Source of the DNA: an uncultured virus (IMG/VR IMGVR_UViG_3300028797_000119)
Lineage: Duplodnaviria > Heunggongvirae > Uroviricota > Caudoviricetes
Virus record (IMG/VR): IMGVR_UViG_3300028797_000119
Direction: 5' to 3' (one strand)
Length of the DNA: 64,000 nucleotides
Every line of letters begins with the position of its first letter. Position 1 is the first letter of the stretch. Positions 1 to 9,167 of the stretch are shown one piece after another. The notes beneath the pieces are model-generated. The model was not told the DNA's origin and searched no databases. It saw only the letters and a program-made list of their open reading frames with translations. Made by a program: the position numbers and the translations under genes.

Positions 1-300
1 ATGTCGTACATCGAACCGGAGAATAAGGACGGTCAAGAAGACCAAGGCCAAGTGTTTGTTTATGACGAGCCGGGCGTCGTGTCTTTCACCGCGCCGCTCG
101 ATTACATCGTGGCTACCGCGTTACACAAGCGTGACGAGCTTGAAAAGGTCGCGAAGCAGAACAAGGCCGAAGCGAAATTTGATAAGCTATCCACTAAGGA
201 CTTAGTTTTGCTGGTTCTTGACTCGATGAAGGTCGACGCTCTGGAATCGCAGAAGGAAAAGGTACAAAATGGCAGCACCGAAAAAGAACAAGAAGCTTAA
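1..300 (+). CDS. hypothetical protein (may extend beyond the window start)
   Basis: ORF in the co-directional + block, overlaps next ORF. Confidence 0.6.
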   Translation: MSYIEPENKDGQEDQGQVFVYDEPGVVSFTAPLDYIVATALHKRDELEKVAKQNKAEAKFDKLSTKDLVLLVLDSMKVDALESQKEKVQNGSTEKEQEA

Positions 301-475
301 AGGCGACCTCGATTTCGAGAACGACGATGAAGTGATCAGCACGGACAACTTTGTCGACGATTCCACATCTGAAACGGACGAAGCGGAAGAGGCCGAGGAC
401 ACTCAGGAACTCAACTTCGACGCGGACTACGGAAGGATGTCCGACTTCGCAGACGATTCCGACGACTGGAACTAG
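269..475 (+). CDS. small very acidic hypothetical protein
   Basis: 68-aa ORF, AAGG upstream, basic N-terminus then D/E-rich. Confidence 0.6.
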   Translation: MAAPKKNKKLKGDLDFENDDEVISTDNFVDDSTSETDEAEEAEDTQELNFDADYGRMSDFADDSDDWN

Positions 476-502
476 AAATATAATTTTTCTCCGAATGACC
501 TC

Positions 503-531
503 TTGACATCTGTCAAGAGGTTATTTATATT
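503..531 (+). promoter_or_regulatory. sigma70-like promoter overlapped by an inverted repeat
   Basis: TTGACA(503-508)-N17-TATATT(526-531); ACCTCTTGACA-TC-TGTCAAGAGGT palindrome at 498-521. Confidence 0.65.
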
Positions 532-562
532 TTCGGTGTAACACACCATTGAAAGGAACTTT

Positions 563-1012
563 ATGGTAATTGCATTCGATTTCGACTGGACGGTCGCTTG
601 TGGCGGCTGGCCGGACATTACCAAGGCAAAACTCAACAAGGTCGTCGCCGACTGGCTCAAGAAGCGCAAGCGTATGGGCGACCAGCTCGTTATGTGGACG
701 TGCCGCGAGAACTTCTTCGGCGACAACTTCGACAAGTGCGAGGGTGCGGACGGTATCGACCGCTCCACTTGCAAATACCTTGACGAAGCCGTAGAATTTT
801 GCCGCAAGAACGGCATCGCCGTAGACAACGTGAATATGGCAATCGGGGAACAACAAGGCGACGTGGGCATCCGCTACGGACGCAAGATTATGGCCAAGTT
901 CTACTTGGACGACTCTGCGGTTCCGTTTAACCCACGCTCCAAGTTCGCCCCGGTTTTCTGGTGGATTTTCTTGAAACTTGTCGATATCCGTTTATCGACG
1001 ATGGCCATTTAA
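563..1012 (+). CDS. HAD-superfamily phosphatase-like protein
   Basis: IAFDFDWT (DxD motif I), WTCR (motif II), YLDD (motif IV). Confidence 0.75.
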   Translation: MVIAFDFDWTVACGGWPDITKAKLNKVVADWLKKRKRMGDQLVMWTCRENFFGDNFDKCEGADGIDRSTCKYLDEAVEFCRKNGIAVDNVNMAIGEQQGDVGIRYGRKIMAKFYLDDSAVPFNPRSKFAPVFWWIFLKLVDIRLSTMAI

Positions 1013-1033
1013 AACTCAACAAAAGGAAGCCCA

Positions 1034-1876
1034 ATGAACTTATACTATCTTGAAAATAAACTCGCCGGAAAAAGTTACCAGCAGCATAAATACTACACCG
1101 GTTGCGGGGATATGGAACGTGACGCCGGATCCGACAACTTGAGTGACGCCAGATTCTTTATCCAGAAAGAAGACGCCGAAGGTGCTATCAAAAGTGCAAA
1201 CGACTGGTGGGAAAAGCACGATTACGAAGTGAAGTCCATCGACATCGAAGCACTTATCGCACGGGGCAAAACGCAGCTGAACCTCCAACTGATTCTTCCC
1301 GAACAGAAGAAGCCCAAGAAGGTGGCGAAGAAGGAAGAGGCCACTCGCAAGATTACCGTCGTCATCGAAGGTACCGACGGTGTAGGCAAGAGTACCGTCA
1401 TCAAGTCTCTCGAACAGTATTTCGGCAATCACACCATCACTGAACATAAGCAAACCGACGAAAACCCGGTGAAGCTGGAATTCGAATTCCTCGACCGAGA
1501 GACCACCACGATTTCCGCGTCTATGCTGTTCACGGTCCGTATGAAGGACCGAATCGAACGCATCAAGAAGTATCTGGACAATAACCGCGACACCTTCGTC
1601 CTTTTCTTGGTGAACGAGGATGCCGAAGAACTGATGCGCCGTATCAAGACGCGTGACAAGCCCATTTCGGACTTCGATAACGACGCGCCGGCATACAACC
1701 TTATGTATACGGCCACATACCGTGAAATGGAACGCCAGAAGTACGTCAACCACCAAATCGGTCTGCTTGATGTGACCGGTGACGGAATCAAGGAAGAAAC
1801 GGACTCGGCCATCCGTGCCGTAAAGGATATGCTGACCAATCGCGCACTGAACACGATGTCCTTGATCCAGTTCTAG
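1034..1876 (+). CDS. P-loop nucleotide (thymidylate/dNMP-like) kinase with N-terminal extension
   Basis: VVIEGTDGVGKST Walker A and LDR motif. Confidence 0.65.
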   Translation: MNLYYLENKLAGKSYQQHKYYTGCGDMERDAGSDNLSDARFFIQKEDAEGAIKSANDWWEKHDYEVKSIDIEALIARGKTQLNLQLILPEQKKPKKVAKKEEATRKITVVIEGTDGVGKSTVIKSLEQYFGNHTITEHKQTDENPVKLEFEFLDRETTTISASMLFTVRMKDRIERIKKYLDNNRDTFVLFLVNEDAEELMRRIKTRDKPISDFDNDAPAYNLMYTATYREMERQKYVNHQIGLLDVTGDGIKEETDSAIRAVKDMLTNRALNTMSLIQF

Positions 1877-1885
1877 CAGCTAAAC

Positions 1886-1914
1886 TTGCATCCGAAACCC
1901 CGGAATCCTATATT
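1886..1914 (+). promoter_or_regulatory. sigma70-like promoter
   Basis: TTGCAT-N17-TATATT upstream of AGGAG and ATG 1941. Confidence 0.55.
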
Positions 1915-1940
1915 TCCGAAAAAGATATGTAGGAGATGTT

Positions 1941-2381
1941 ATGCCAGACCAGAACCAGCCAAAAGAAGAAACTACCCACAAGATGCGAAACCTAGGGGAG
2001 ACCCTTACGCCACACAAGTACAAGGCTACCTATGTGCGCAAGGGAACCCAAGGCAAGAAGCCCAGTTCGCTACTTATCTGCATCCGAGACGAGAACGACC
2101 ACGAGCTTTGCGACCATCTTTGGGTACGCCATACCAAGTCGATGGACCGATTGAATAGCGGCGACCTAATTACGTTCGTCGCGACTCCGATTCGATACAT
2201 CAAGGGGTATAGCGGAACGAACCACGTCCAGTCCGAGTTCAGCACGGATATCACCTTGAGCGGCATCAAGAAGATCCGTGTGCTGGGCAACAACCCCGTA
2301 ATCGCCAAGAAAACGGAGGATTGGAACAAGACCCACGCGGACAAAACGTATAAACAAGAGGCAAAGACCAAAACAAAGTAA
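1941..2381 (+). CDS. hypothetical protein
   Basis: ORF with AGGAG RBS. Confidence 0.7.
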   Translation: MPDQNQPKEETTHKMRNLGETLTPHKYKATYVRKGTQGKKPSSLLICIRDENDHELCDHLWVRHTKSMDRLNSGDLITFVATPIRYIKGYSGTNHVQSEFSTDITLSGIKKIRVLGNNPVIAKKTEDWNKTHADKTYKQEAKTKTK

Positions 2382-2382
2382 A

Positions 2383-2601
2383 ATGATTGTTGAAGGATTC
2401 AAGCAAATCGGCGACTGGTTGAGAGCCAGAACCACCCAGAAGGCCGAAGACCTAACCAATGAACAGATGGAGGATATGAGCAAGCCTATGCTCATTAACG
2501 CGGTCAAGGAGCTGCAAGCCCAGCTGCGGACCTCCAGAGCCGAAACCAAGAAGAAGTCAGACACCATCTGGAAGCTCTTCCTGAAGATTTCGGACAAATA
2601 G
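2383..2601 (+). CDS. hypothetical protein
   Basis: abuts previous ORF. Confidence 0.6.
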   Translation: MIVEGFKQIGDWLRARTTQKAEDLTNEQMEDMSKPMLINAVKELQAQLRTSRAETKKKSDTIWKLFLKISDK

Positions 2602-2629
2602 ATTGCACATTGCCGACAAAAATGCTATA

Positions 2630-2661
2630 ATTCCTCTCACGAGAGAGGAATTTTCTTTTTT
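2630..2661 (+). terminator. intrinsic terminator
   Basis: TTCCTCTC-ACGA-GAGAGGAA hairpin then T-run. Confidence 0.6.
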
Positions 2662-2666
2662 ATCTA

Positions 2667-2695
2667 TTGACAACTCCATTCAACATTGCTATATT
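2667..2695 (+). promoter_or_regulatory. sigma70-like promoter
   Basis: TTGACA-N17-TATATT before GAGG RBS and ATG 2717. Confidence 0.7.
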
Positions 2696-2716
2696 TAGCA
2701 CAAAAAGAGGTTAAAA

Positions 2717-4198
2717 ATGTTTACCAAGACTGAAAATGGTGCAGTTGTATTTGATTCTACCGGCCACACGTTGCTGGACTTGAACTTCAACGCGCTCGGA
2801 ATGCGCAAGAAGGATCCGTCCACAATCGTTTCGATTTTCGCAAAGGCTTACGAGGAAGACCCCCTCCTCGCCGTCCGCTGGCTCTTCTACGCTGGCGACA
2901 TCCGTCAGGGTATGGGCGAACGCCGTCTGTTCCGTACCATCTTGCCGTATGTGGCAAAGCGTCATCCGCACGTTCTGCAGTTCGTCGGCGAGTACAACCG
3001 TTTCGACTCGTTGCTGCCGTTGCTCGACGATGCCGAACTCGGTCCGGTTGTGGCTTCCCTTATCAAGAATCAGGTTCTCGCCGACCTCGCCAACTTGAAG
3101 GCCGGAAAGTCCATTTCCTTGCTCGGCAAGTGGTTGCCGTCCATCAACGCGTCTTCCGAAAAGACTCGTAAGTACGCTCGTATCTTGTCCACCGCTTTGT
3201 TCGACAGCCACAAGACTTACCGCAAGACTTGTGCAACGCTCCGCAAGGCAATCGACATCGTGGAAACCAAGATGTGCGAAAAGCAGTGGGATTCCATCGA
3301 CTACTCCAAGGTGCCGGGAGTCGCCGTACACCGTTACCGCAAGGCGTTCAACCGTAACGACACCATCCGTTTCGCCGACTTCAACGTGAAGGCCGTGAAG
3401 GGTGAAGTGAAGAAGAACGCTGGAACCGTGTCTCCCGCCGAAATCGTGTACTCCTACTTGAAGAATTTCCAGTACGATCCGAGCTTCACTCCGGAACTCG
3501 CCGTGGAAGCTTCTTGGAAGGCTATGCCAGACTTGATGAAGGACGGTTACTCCATCCTTCCGGTCTGTGACGTGTCCGAATCGATGCAGAACGTAAAGAT
3601 TGACCCCAAGTCCGGAATCCGTCCGATCGACGCTGCAATCGGCTTGTCCTTGTACTGCGCAAACCACAACCACTGCGCGGCCTTCAAGAACAAGATTGTC
3701 ACCTTCAGCGGTATTCCGAAGTTCATCGACGCGGACGGCTCCACCGTGGCCGACAACATCAACCGCATTATGAGACGCGGAAACCGTGGCTACCATACTG
3801 ACATCGTGAAGGTGTTCGATCTCTACTTAAGCACCATCGTGGGTGCCGGTATTCCGACCGATGCCGTGTTGCCGACCCTCGTTATCTTCTCCGATATGGA
3901 GTTCGACCGCGAGGCACCGGGCAATATGGGCTTCCGCAACGAAGACCCGACCTTGTTCAACTCGATCCGCCGCAAGTACAACCATTACGGTTATGAATTG
4001 CCGCGCCTTGTCCTCTGGAACTTGGCCAGCCGTAACGGCGGTGCTCCGATGCGTACCAACGCAGCGGGTATCGTGATGATTAGCGGCCTCAATCAGGCCA
4101 CTATGGATATGGTCTTCTGCGACAAGACCGACCCGTTCGAAATTCTCTGCGACAAGCTGAATTCCGAGCGTTACAACCAGATTAAGCTCGAAGGTTAA
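2717..4198 (+). CDS. DUF2828-family protein with C-terminal vWA domain (TROVE/Ro-related architecture)
   Basis: TENGA..STG..LLDL, DIRQGMGERRLFR, GKWLPS, CDVSESM (MIDAS-like), FSDMEFD, WNL. Confidence 0.85.
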   Translation: MFTKTENGAVVFDSTGHTLLDLNFNALGMRKKDPSTIVSIFAKAYEEDPLLAVRWLFYAGDIRQGMGERRLFRTILPYVAKRHPHVLQFVGEYNRFDSLLPLLDDAELGPVVASLIKNQVLADLANLKAGKSISLLGKWLPSINASSEKTRKYARILSTALFDSHKTYRKTCATLRKAIDIVETKMCEKQWDSIDYSKVPGVAVHRYRKAFNRNDTIRFADFNVKAVKGEVKKNAGTVSPAEIVYSYLKNFQYDPSFTPELAVEASWKAMPDLMKDGYSILPVCDVSESMQNVKIDPKSGIRPIDAAIGLSLYCANHNHCAAFKNKIVTFSGIPKFIDADGSTVADNINRIMRRGNRGYHTDIVKVFDLYLSTIVGAGIPTDAVLPTLVIFSDMEFDREAPGNMGFRNEDPTLFNSIRRKYNHYGYELPRLVLWNLASRNGGAPMRTNAAGIVMISGLNQATMDMVFCDKTDPFEILCDKLNSERYNQIKLEG

Positions 4199-4200
4199 CG

Positions 4201-4569
4201 ATGTCCAAATTTGAAGAGGCCAGAAACTTACTTCAGCACGGTGAACTCCCGTTCACTGTGAAGGTATCGGACGACAACAAACTCATTATCGCGAAGCTGA
4301 TGTTCGGCTCCCAAGATAACGTGTTCGTTGTCCAGTCCGACCCTGATGACCAACTGTACATCACTGGTTATCCGATTAGCGTCAGTATCTCTACTGACAA
4401 CGGAATCCATTGTAGCTACAAGGTCAGCAAGGGTGCGGTGGTTATTCCTAACCTCCAAGAACTGGCGACTCGTGCCGTGGAAACAGCCAAGGCCGCACAG
4501 ACCTACATCGATACCTACACTTGGTGTAGCAGCTTCCGCCGTTCTCTCAAGGAACAGAACAATGGCTAA
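4201..4569 (+). CDS. hypothetical protein
   Basis: tightly packed ORF. Confidence 0.65.
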   Translation: MSKFEEARNLLQHGELPFTVKVSDDNKLIIAKLMFGSQDNVFVVQSDPDDQLYITGYPISVSISTDNGIHCSYKVSKGAVVIPNLQELATRAVETAKAAQTYIDTYTWCSSFRRSLKEQNNG

Positions 4570-5227
4570 TATTTTCGGCGATATGCATATTGAAAACGTC
4601 ACGCCGAAGGAATTCGAGGCTATGAGAACTATCCTCAATTCCGAACGTGCCGCCATTATGCTCAAGGAACTCAACAAGACATTCGCCCAGTTGGATTCCA
4701 AGGCACCGTCGTGGCTGCTGAACATCTTAACCGAAATTGTGTCCTATGTGACGACGCTTGCCAACAACCACATCTCGTCGATGCAGAACTGGGTAGGCAC
4801 TCTCGGTCGTATGCTGACCTTGGACACTTCAAAGTCTGGATCGCGCACGGGGGAACCCAACTTCCTTACGGCGCATTTCCGTGACTTGGCGGACACGAGC
4901 AACTGGGATGTACTCATTTATATGTACGAGTTCTGCAACTTCAAAGATGCAGCCCAAAAGGTCGAATGCGGCATCTATTCCGAAATGCCGACTGCGAAGT
5001 CTCGTTGCGTTGGGAACAAGCTTGCCGCAGCCTACGTCGGTCGTTTCGTCAAGTTCTTGGACGACTTGAAAGTCAAGCCCATCGAGGAACTGGTCGCCTA
5101 CGATATGATCTGCAAGACCTATCCGGGAATCAAGGAGATGGTCGAGTGGTGTCGTGACAACCGTGATAAGTGGGACAATTTTGAGGAGTTCTATGCCGAG
5201 AACTACAAAAAAGGTCAAGCCTTCTAA
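4562..5227 (+). CDS. hypothetical protein
   Basis: start refined to ATG 4562 (AAGGA upstream). Confidence 0.7.
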   Translation: MANIFGDMHIENVTPKEFEAMRTILNSERAAIMLKELNKTFAQLDSKAPSWLLNILTEIVSYVTTLANNHISSMQNWVGTLGRMLTLDTSKSGSRTGEPNFLTAHFRDLADTSNWDVLIYMYEFCNFKDAAQKVECGIYSEMPTAKSRCVGNKLAAAYVGRFVKFLDDLKVKPIEELVAYDMICKTYPGIKEMVEWCRDNRDKWDNFEEFYAENYKKGQAF

Positions 5228-5594
5228 GGAATCCTTGGAGCAGCTTTACAAGCAGCTTGAGAGGTCTTTTTATCAGAAACAGATCGAATGGCGTTCCGTA
5301 GATTTCCGCAAGGAAACTATATACGGCTATGCCATTTTTTCGTTTGTGCAGAAGGCTGACGAAACCGGTTTCAAGTGTCTGACTGTCCACTATATCCTCA
5401 ACACGCAGAATCCGTTGTTGAAAAATCGGGCATTCCAGTTCGACAAGGACAACAAGTACCCGGATTCAGACTACATCAAAAAAGCGTTGCAGTTCGTCGA
5501 GCTGGTTGACGAAGAACTTGCCGAAATGCTGACTAAGTACAATGGACTCGCTGCTAGGATATCACAGCGACTTATGGGAGACAAAAATGGTTAA
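5193..5594 (+). CDS. hypothetical protein
   Basis: GAGGAG RBS before ATG 5193. Confidence 0.65.
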   Translation: MPRTTKKVKPSKESLEQLYKQLERSFYQKQIEWRSVDFRKETIYGYAIFSFVQKADETGFKCLTVHYILNTQNPLLKNRAFQFDKDNKYPDSDYIKKALQFVELVDEELAEMLTKYNGLAARISQRLMGDKNG

Positions 5595-5952
5595 GCATAT
5601 CTTGAAACGTTTCTGGTGGAATTTGGACGACTTCGCTTACGAGACGGCCTATCTAATTGCTGTCATCGTTTGTGACATCGTTATGTTCGCGGTATGGTGC
5701 GTCAGGAATCCGTTAGGCGGAGCCGTCATCTGTTTGGTAGCGGCATTGTCTTGCCTTATCACGTTGAAGATGTCGGCGGACAAGATTGACGCGGAACATA
5801 AGGTCTTGTACTATGGCTATATGCTCGCCTCGGAAATCCTCTCTGGAGCGATTATCCTCCATATCGCTTGGTGGCTGTTCAATATCCCGCTGATGGTAAG
5901 CGAATATTGTAAAGAAAACTCAAAAAGGAAAGGTAAAAAATGTGGCTATTAG
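5587..5952 (+). CDS. membrane protein (about 3 TM)
   Basis: GGAG RBS, hydrophobic segments. Confidence 0.65.
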   Translation: MVKHILKRFWWNLDDFAYETAYLIAVIVCDIVMFAVWCVRNPLGGAVICLVAALSCLITLKMSADKIDAEHKVLYYGYMLASEILSGAIILHIAWWLFNIPLMVSEYCKENSKRKGKKCGY

Positions 5953-6137
5953 TCGTTACTCTTGCTTTTAAAACTTTTGAAGGCGGTGGTCCTACTGTAA
6001 TCCAAGTCCAAGTAGATTCCAAGTCCAAGTGCGAACGTCTGGGCAATGAAATTATTGCCGACCAGAAGAAGGATTTCGAGGTCGTTCTCGGTTCTATAAA
6101 GCTCAAGGACTACAAGTTCCATTGCTATGCTTTATAA
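5940..6137 (+). CDS. small hypothetical protein
   Basis: AAGG RBS, overlap with previous ORF. Confidence 0.55.
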   Translation: MWLLVVTLAFKTFEGGGPTVIQVQVDSKSKCERLGNEIIADQKKDFEVVLGSIKLKDYKFHCYAL

Positions 6138-6166
6138 ACTTGGGGTAGCTTATAACCCAAGGAAAT

Positions 6167-7297
6167 ATGCCTAACAAATGGCTAAACTGTGCGATTCCCG
6201 GTGTCGCGTTGACTACTTGCATCGGGTCGGTCTACTGCTGGTCGCAGTTCTCCCAGAACCTGATGTCGGTCTTCAATCTATCGAAGATGCAGACCGACTT
6301 CGGATTTACTCTTATCATTTTCTTCCTCGGTATGTGTGCCGCAATATTCGGCAGCACAATAGAGAAAAACCCAAGACTGGGCGCGTGGCTATCGACTATC
6401 GTGTTCATCTTGGGTTTTTTGATGCTCGGTGTTTCCGTCGATGTGGTGTCGGTTCCGGCATTTTACATTTCGACCGCAATCATAGGAGCTGGAACAGGAA
6501 TTGGTTATGTGACACCAGTCAAGACGCTTATGGCGTTTTTCGCAGACCATAAGGGTCTGGCATCTGGGTTGGCCATAACTGGGTTTGGACTGGCAAAGTT
6601 CGTCGCGTCTCCAGTTATCGAGTGGCTACTTGCGACTGTAACTCTATCGCAAGTGTTCTATGTTCTGGGAGGCGTCTATGCGCTTGTGATGGTAGTCTCG
6701 TCACTGTTGTTGCGCAAATACCCGTATACAGAACAAGAGTACGGACCTAGCGACTTCAAGTATTCCTATATGCTCAAGAGCAAGGAATGGTGGTCGATCT
6801 GGTTTATGTTCGCTGTCAACATTTCGTGCGGACTTTCAATCATCTCCCAAGAGAAGTCATTGTTGAGCGCGTTAGGCATAACCGCAATAGCCGCCATCTT
6901 GTCCGGAACCGCATTGTCGAACTCTGGTGGCCGTCTCGGATTCTCCACGCTGTCTGACAAGATTGGACGCAAGGCGGCGTATCACTTCGTCTGTTCGTTC
7001 GGCATCCTCGGTGCATTGTTTTGTATAACCGGAAATCCAGTTCTATCCGTACTAGGAATATTGCTATGTGAAGCCGCGTATGGCGGCAACTTTAGCGTAC
7101 TTCCTAGCTTGCTCGCCAAGCGGTTTGGTATGTCCAATGCATCTAGAGTCCACTCTATGACCTTGACTGGCTGGAGCGTAGGTGGTATAGTAGGTCCACT
7201 CCTAGCAAATACCTTCAGCGGAACTATGCTTTATCTTGTTTTGGCTATATTGTACTTCGCGGCGTTTACCGTGATGGAAATGAACGTCAGAAAATAG
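6167..7297 (+). CDS. MFS transporter, oxalate:formate antiporter (OFA)-like
   Basis: about 12 TM; GSVYCWS, GAGTGIGYVTPV, HKGLASGLAITGFG, GRLGFSTLSDKIGRK, YGGNFSVLPS. Confidence 0.9.
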   Translation: MPNKWLNCAIPGVALTTCIGSVYCWSQFSQNLMSVFNLSKMQTDFGFTLIIFFLGMCAAIFGSTIEKNPRLGAWLSTIVFILGFLMLGVSVDVVSVPAFYISTAIIGAGTGIGYVTPVKTLMAFFADHKGLASGLAITGFGLAKFVASPVIEWLLATVTLSQVFYVLGGVYALVMVVSSLLLRKYPYTEQEYGPSDFKYSYMLKSKEWWSIWFMFAVNISCGLSIISQEKSLLSALGITAIAAILSGTALSNSGGRLGFSTLSDKIGRKAAYHFVCSFGILGALFCITGNPVLSVLGILLCEAAYGGNFSVLPSLLAKRFGMSNASRVHSMTLTGWSVGGIVGPLLANTFSGTMLYLVLAILYFAAFTVMEMNVRK

Positions 7298-7350
7298 AAA
7301 AAACAAATTCTTTTTTATAAACTGCTGGTAGATTACTGGCAGTTTTTTGT

Positions 7351-8124
7351 ATGAACAGATTCATGGCATATCTGGAATCATTGGATCAGACACCGACCGT
7401 CCAAGCGGCGTCGGAGTTGTACAAGAACGAAACCCCGGACGATTCCGTATCAGTCAAATCAGAAGAAATCCATCAAGGACAGCCAATAGAACCAGTTGGC
7501 CCACATCCCCTGAACGACAAAGAAATCAACAACCTTTGTTGCGAACTAGAATCCATATGGAAACGTACCCACCATTTCGCCCCGATTCTTAGAGCTATAA
7601 AGGATTCTGGTGTCCAATATCTCGGTCAAGGATCCTCTCGTATGGTCTTCAAACTGAACGACGATAAAGTGCTTAAGTTGGCAAAGAACAAGAAGGGTCT
7701 CGACCAGAACTGCGCAGAAGCAAATTATTACTTGAGACAGATTTACGGTATAGCAGAATGGTTTCTTGCATCCAACGACGATATCTGGATAGTCAGCGAG
7801 CTATGCACCAAGGCTAAGGCATCAGACTTCAAGAAAAAGCTGGGCATATCGTTTAAAGATTACTGTAATTATGTCGAATACATCGCTCAAGAACGCGGCA
7901 CAAAGCGGAGATATGGTAAAATCGATCCGCCGCCAAATGTAGAACAGTACATGGAAGCGGAAAACTTGTTAGGCGGTATCAACGAATACATAGCGAACAT
8001 GGATCCGCCGATTGGCGACCTTACCAAGCTTAACAGCTACGGTATAACCAAAAACGGGGATATAGTGCTTGTCGATACTGGCTTGACCGACGACATCGAG
8101 GAACGATACTACAAGCCACGTTAA
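7351..8124 (+). CDS. protein-kinase-like fold protein
   Basis: LGQGSSRMVF Gly-loop, VLKLAK, DL...NSYG, VLVDTG. Confidence 0.65.
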   Translation: MNRFMAYLESLDQTPTVQAASELYKNETPDDSVSVKSEEIHQGQPIEPVGPHPLNDKEINNLCCELESIWKRTHHFAPILRAIKDSGVQYLGQGSSRMVFKLNDDKVLKLAKNKKGLDQNCAEANYYLRQIYGIAEWFLASNDDIWIVSELCTKAKASDFKKKLGISFKDYCNYVEYIAQERGTKRRYGKIDPPPNVEQYMEAENLLGGINEYIANMDPPIGDLTKLNSYGITKNGDIVLVDTGLTDDIEERYYKPR

Positions 8125-8169
8125 AATGTAGAAGAGCTTGCCTACTGGCAAGCTCGGTTTCGTTAATTT

Positions 8170-8499
8170 TTATCTGTGTTGTCTGTACTCTCGCTCGACT
8201 ATAACTTGTTCATCGGTCTCGTGTGCTTCCTCGTCGAATGACTTTTCTAGAGCTTTGTCCATAGCGGTCAACGCATCCCCGATAGTCGAATATTTCAATC
8301 CGGGTATGTCTAGCCAGCCATCAAAGTCCTTGTAAAGTTGAACCACGTAGGATACCTTCCCCTTTACCTTGCGCTTGATAACACGGCCTTTTCCGTGATT
8401 TTTTGCGTTTAACAGTCTCCAATATACTCTATGGCATAGCTTTGCCAGTCCGACAAGCAACAGTATGAGAATTGCGATAAAAAATATTAATCTTGGCAT
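8170..8499 (-). CDS. hypothetical protein, N-terminal TM
   Basis: ORF; last gene of the - block. Confidence 0.6.
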   Translation of the reverse strand: MPRLIFFIAILILLLVGLAKLCHRVYWRLLNAKNHGKGRVIKRKVKGKVSYVVQLYKDFDGWLDIPGLKYSTIGDALTAMDKALEKSFDEEAHETDEQVIVEREYRQHR

Positions 8500-8503
8500 G
8501 TGT

Positions 8504-8797
8504 TTAACCTGTCTTTAAATGTTTGAAAGTGTTTTCCATTGTAATTATGTAGCATCGAAGGCTTTCGATATTCTCAGGTGACGTAGTACGCCATTCCCTT
8601 ATGTTCGGCCACAAGTACGTCTTCGTGAGCCTACGCATATCCTTGTTCACCGGAAGCCGCCATACCATGCGAAAGAGCTTGTACAAGGCTTCAGCTCGTT
8701 CGGAAGCCGTCGACGCGATGTCCACGGCTAGTTTTTGCCGTTCTATGTCGTGGGACGTCGCACGTACGAACGGTACGCGTTTCGATATATTAGTCAT
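8504..8797 (-). CDS. hypothetical protein
   Basis: packed ORF. Confidence 0.6.
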   Translation of the reverse strand: MTNISKRVPFVRATSHDIERQKLAVDIASTASERAEALYKLFRMVWRLPVNKDMRRLTKTYLWPNIREWRTTSPENIESLRCYIITMENTFKHLKTG

Positions 8798-9098
8798 TAT
8801 CCTGATTCGGTTTGAACTGGCCTCTAACCATTTTATTAGCCATTATGAGGAACGGGGTTTCCTTGTCGTTGTCGGCGCTACGCACCACAAGCTTGAAGAC
8901 CTTCTTGGTGCCAATAAGTCCCTCGCTTATGCTGAGAAGGTCTAGGTAACTCCACCCACGGTTAGAACGGTTGCATTCATCGAACCGCACGAAGAAAAAC
9001 TTGGAATCTTTGGACTCGGCTACGTACAGTTTGTCGGCATGCCAGCAACAATACAGCGGGTTTTTGTGACTTTTCTGTATGCGGTAAATCTGTGTCAT
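8790..9098 (-). CDS. hypothetical protein
   Basis: GAGG RBS before ATG at 9098. Confidence 0.6.
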   Translation of the reverse strand: MTQIYRIQKSHKNPLYCCWHADKLYVAESKDSKFFFVRFDECNRSNRGWSYLDLLSISEGLIGTKKVFKLVVRSADNDKETPFLIMANKMVRGQFKPNQDND

Positions 9099-9167
9099 AT
9101 ATACCTCAAAAAATAAAAATCTGCAATGCAAATAGCATCGCAGAAAAATATAGCAAAACCGGAACGA

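Noticed and set aside
2603..2631. TTGCAC-N17-TATAAT promoter
   Set aside because: Runs straight into a terminator hairpin, so no product can be supported
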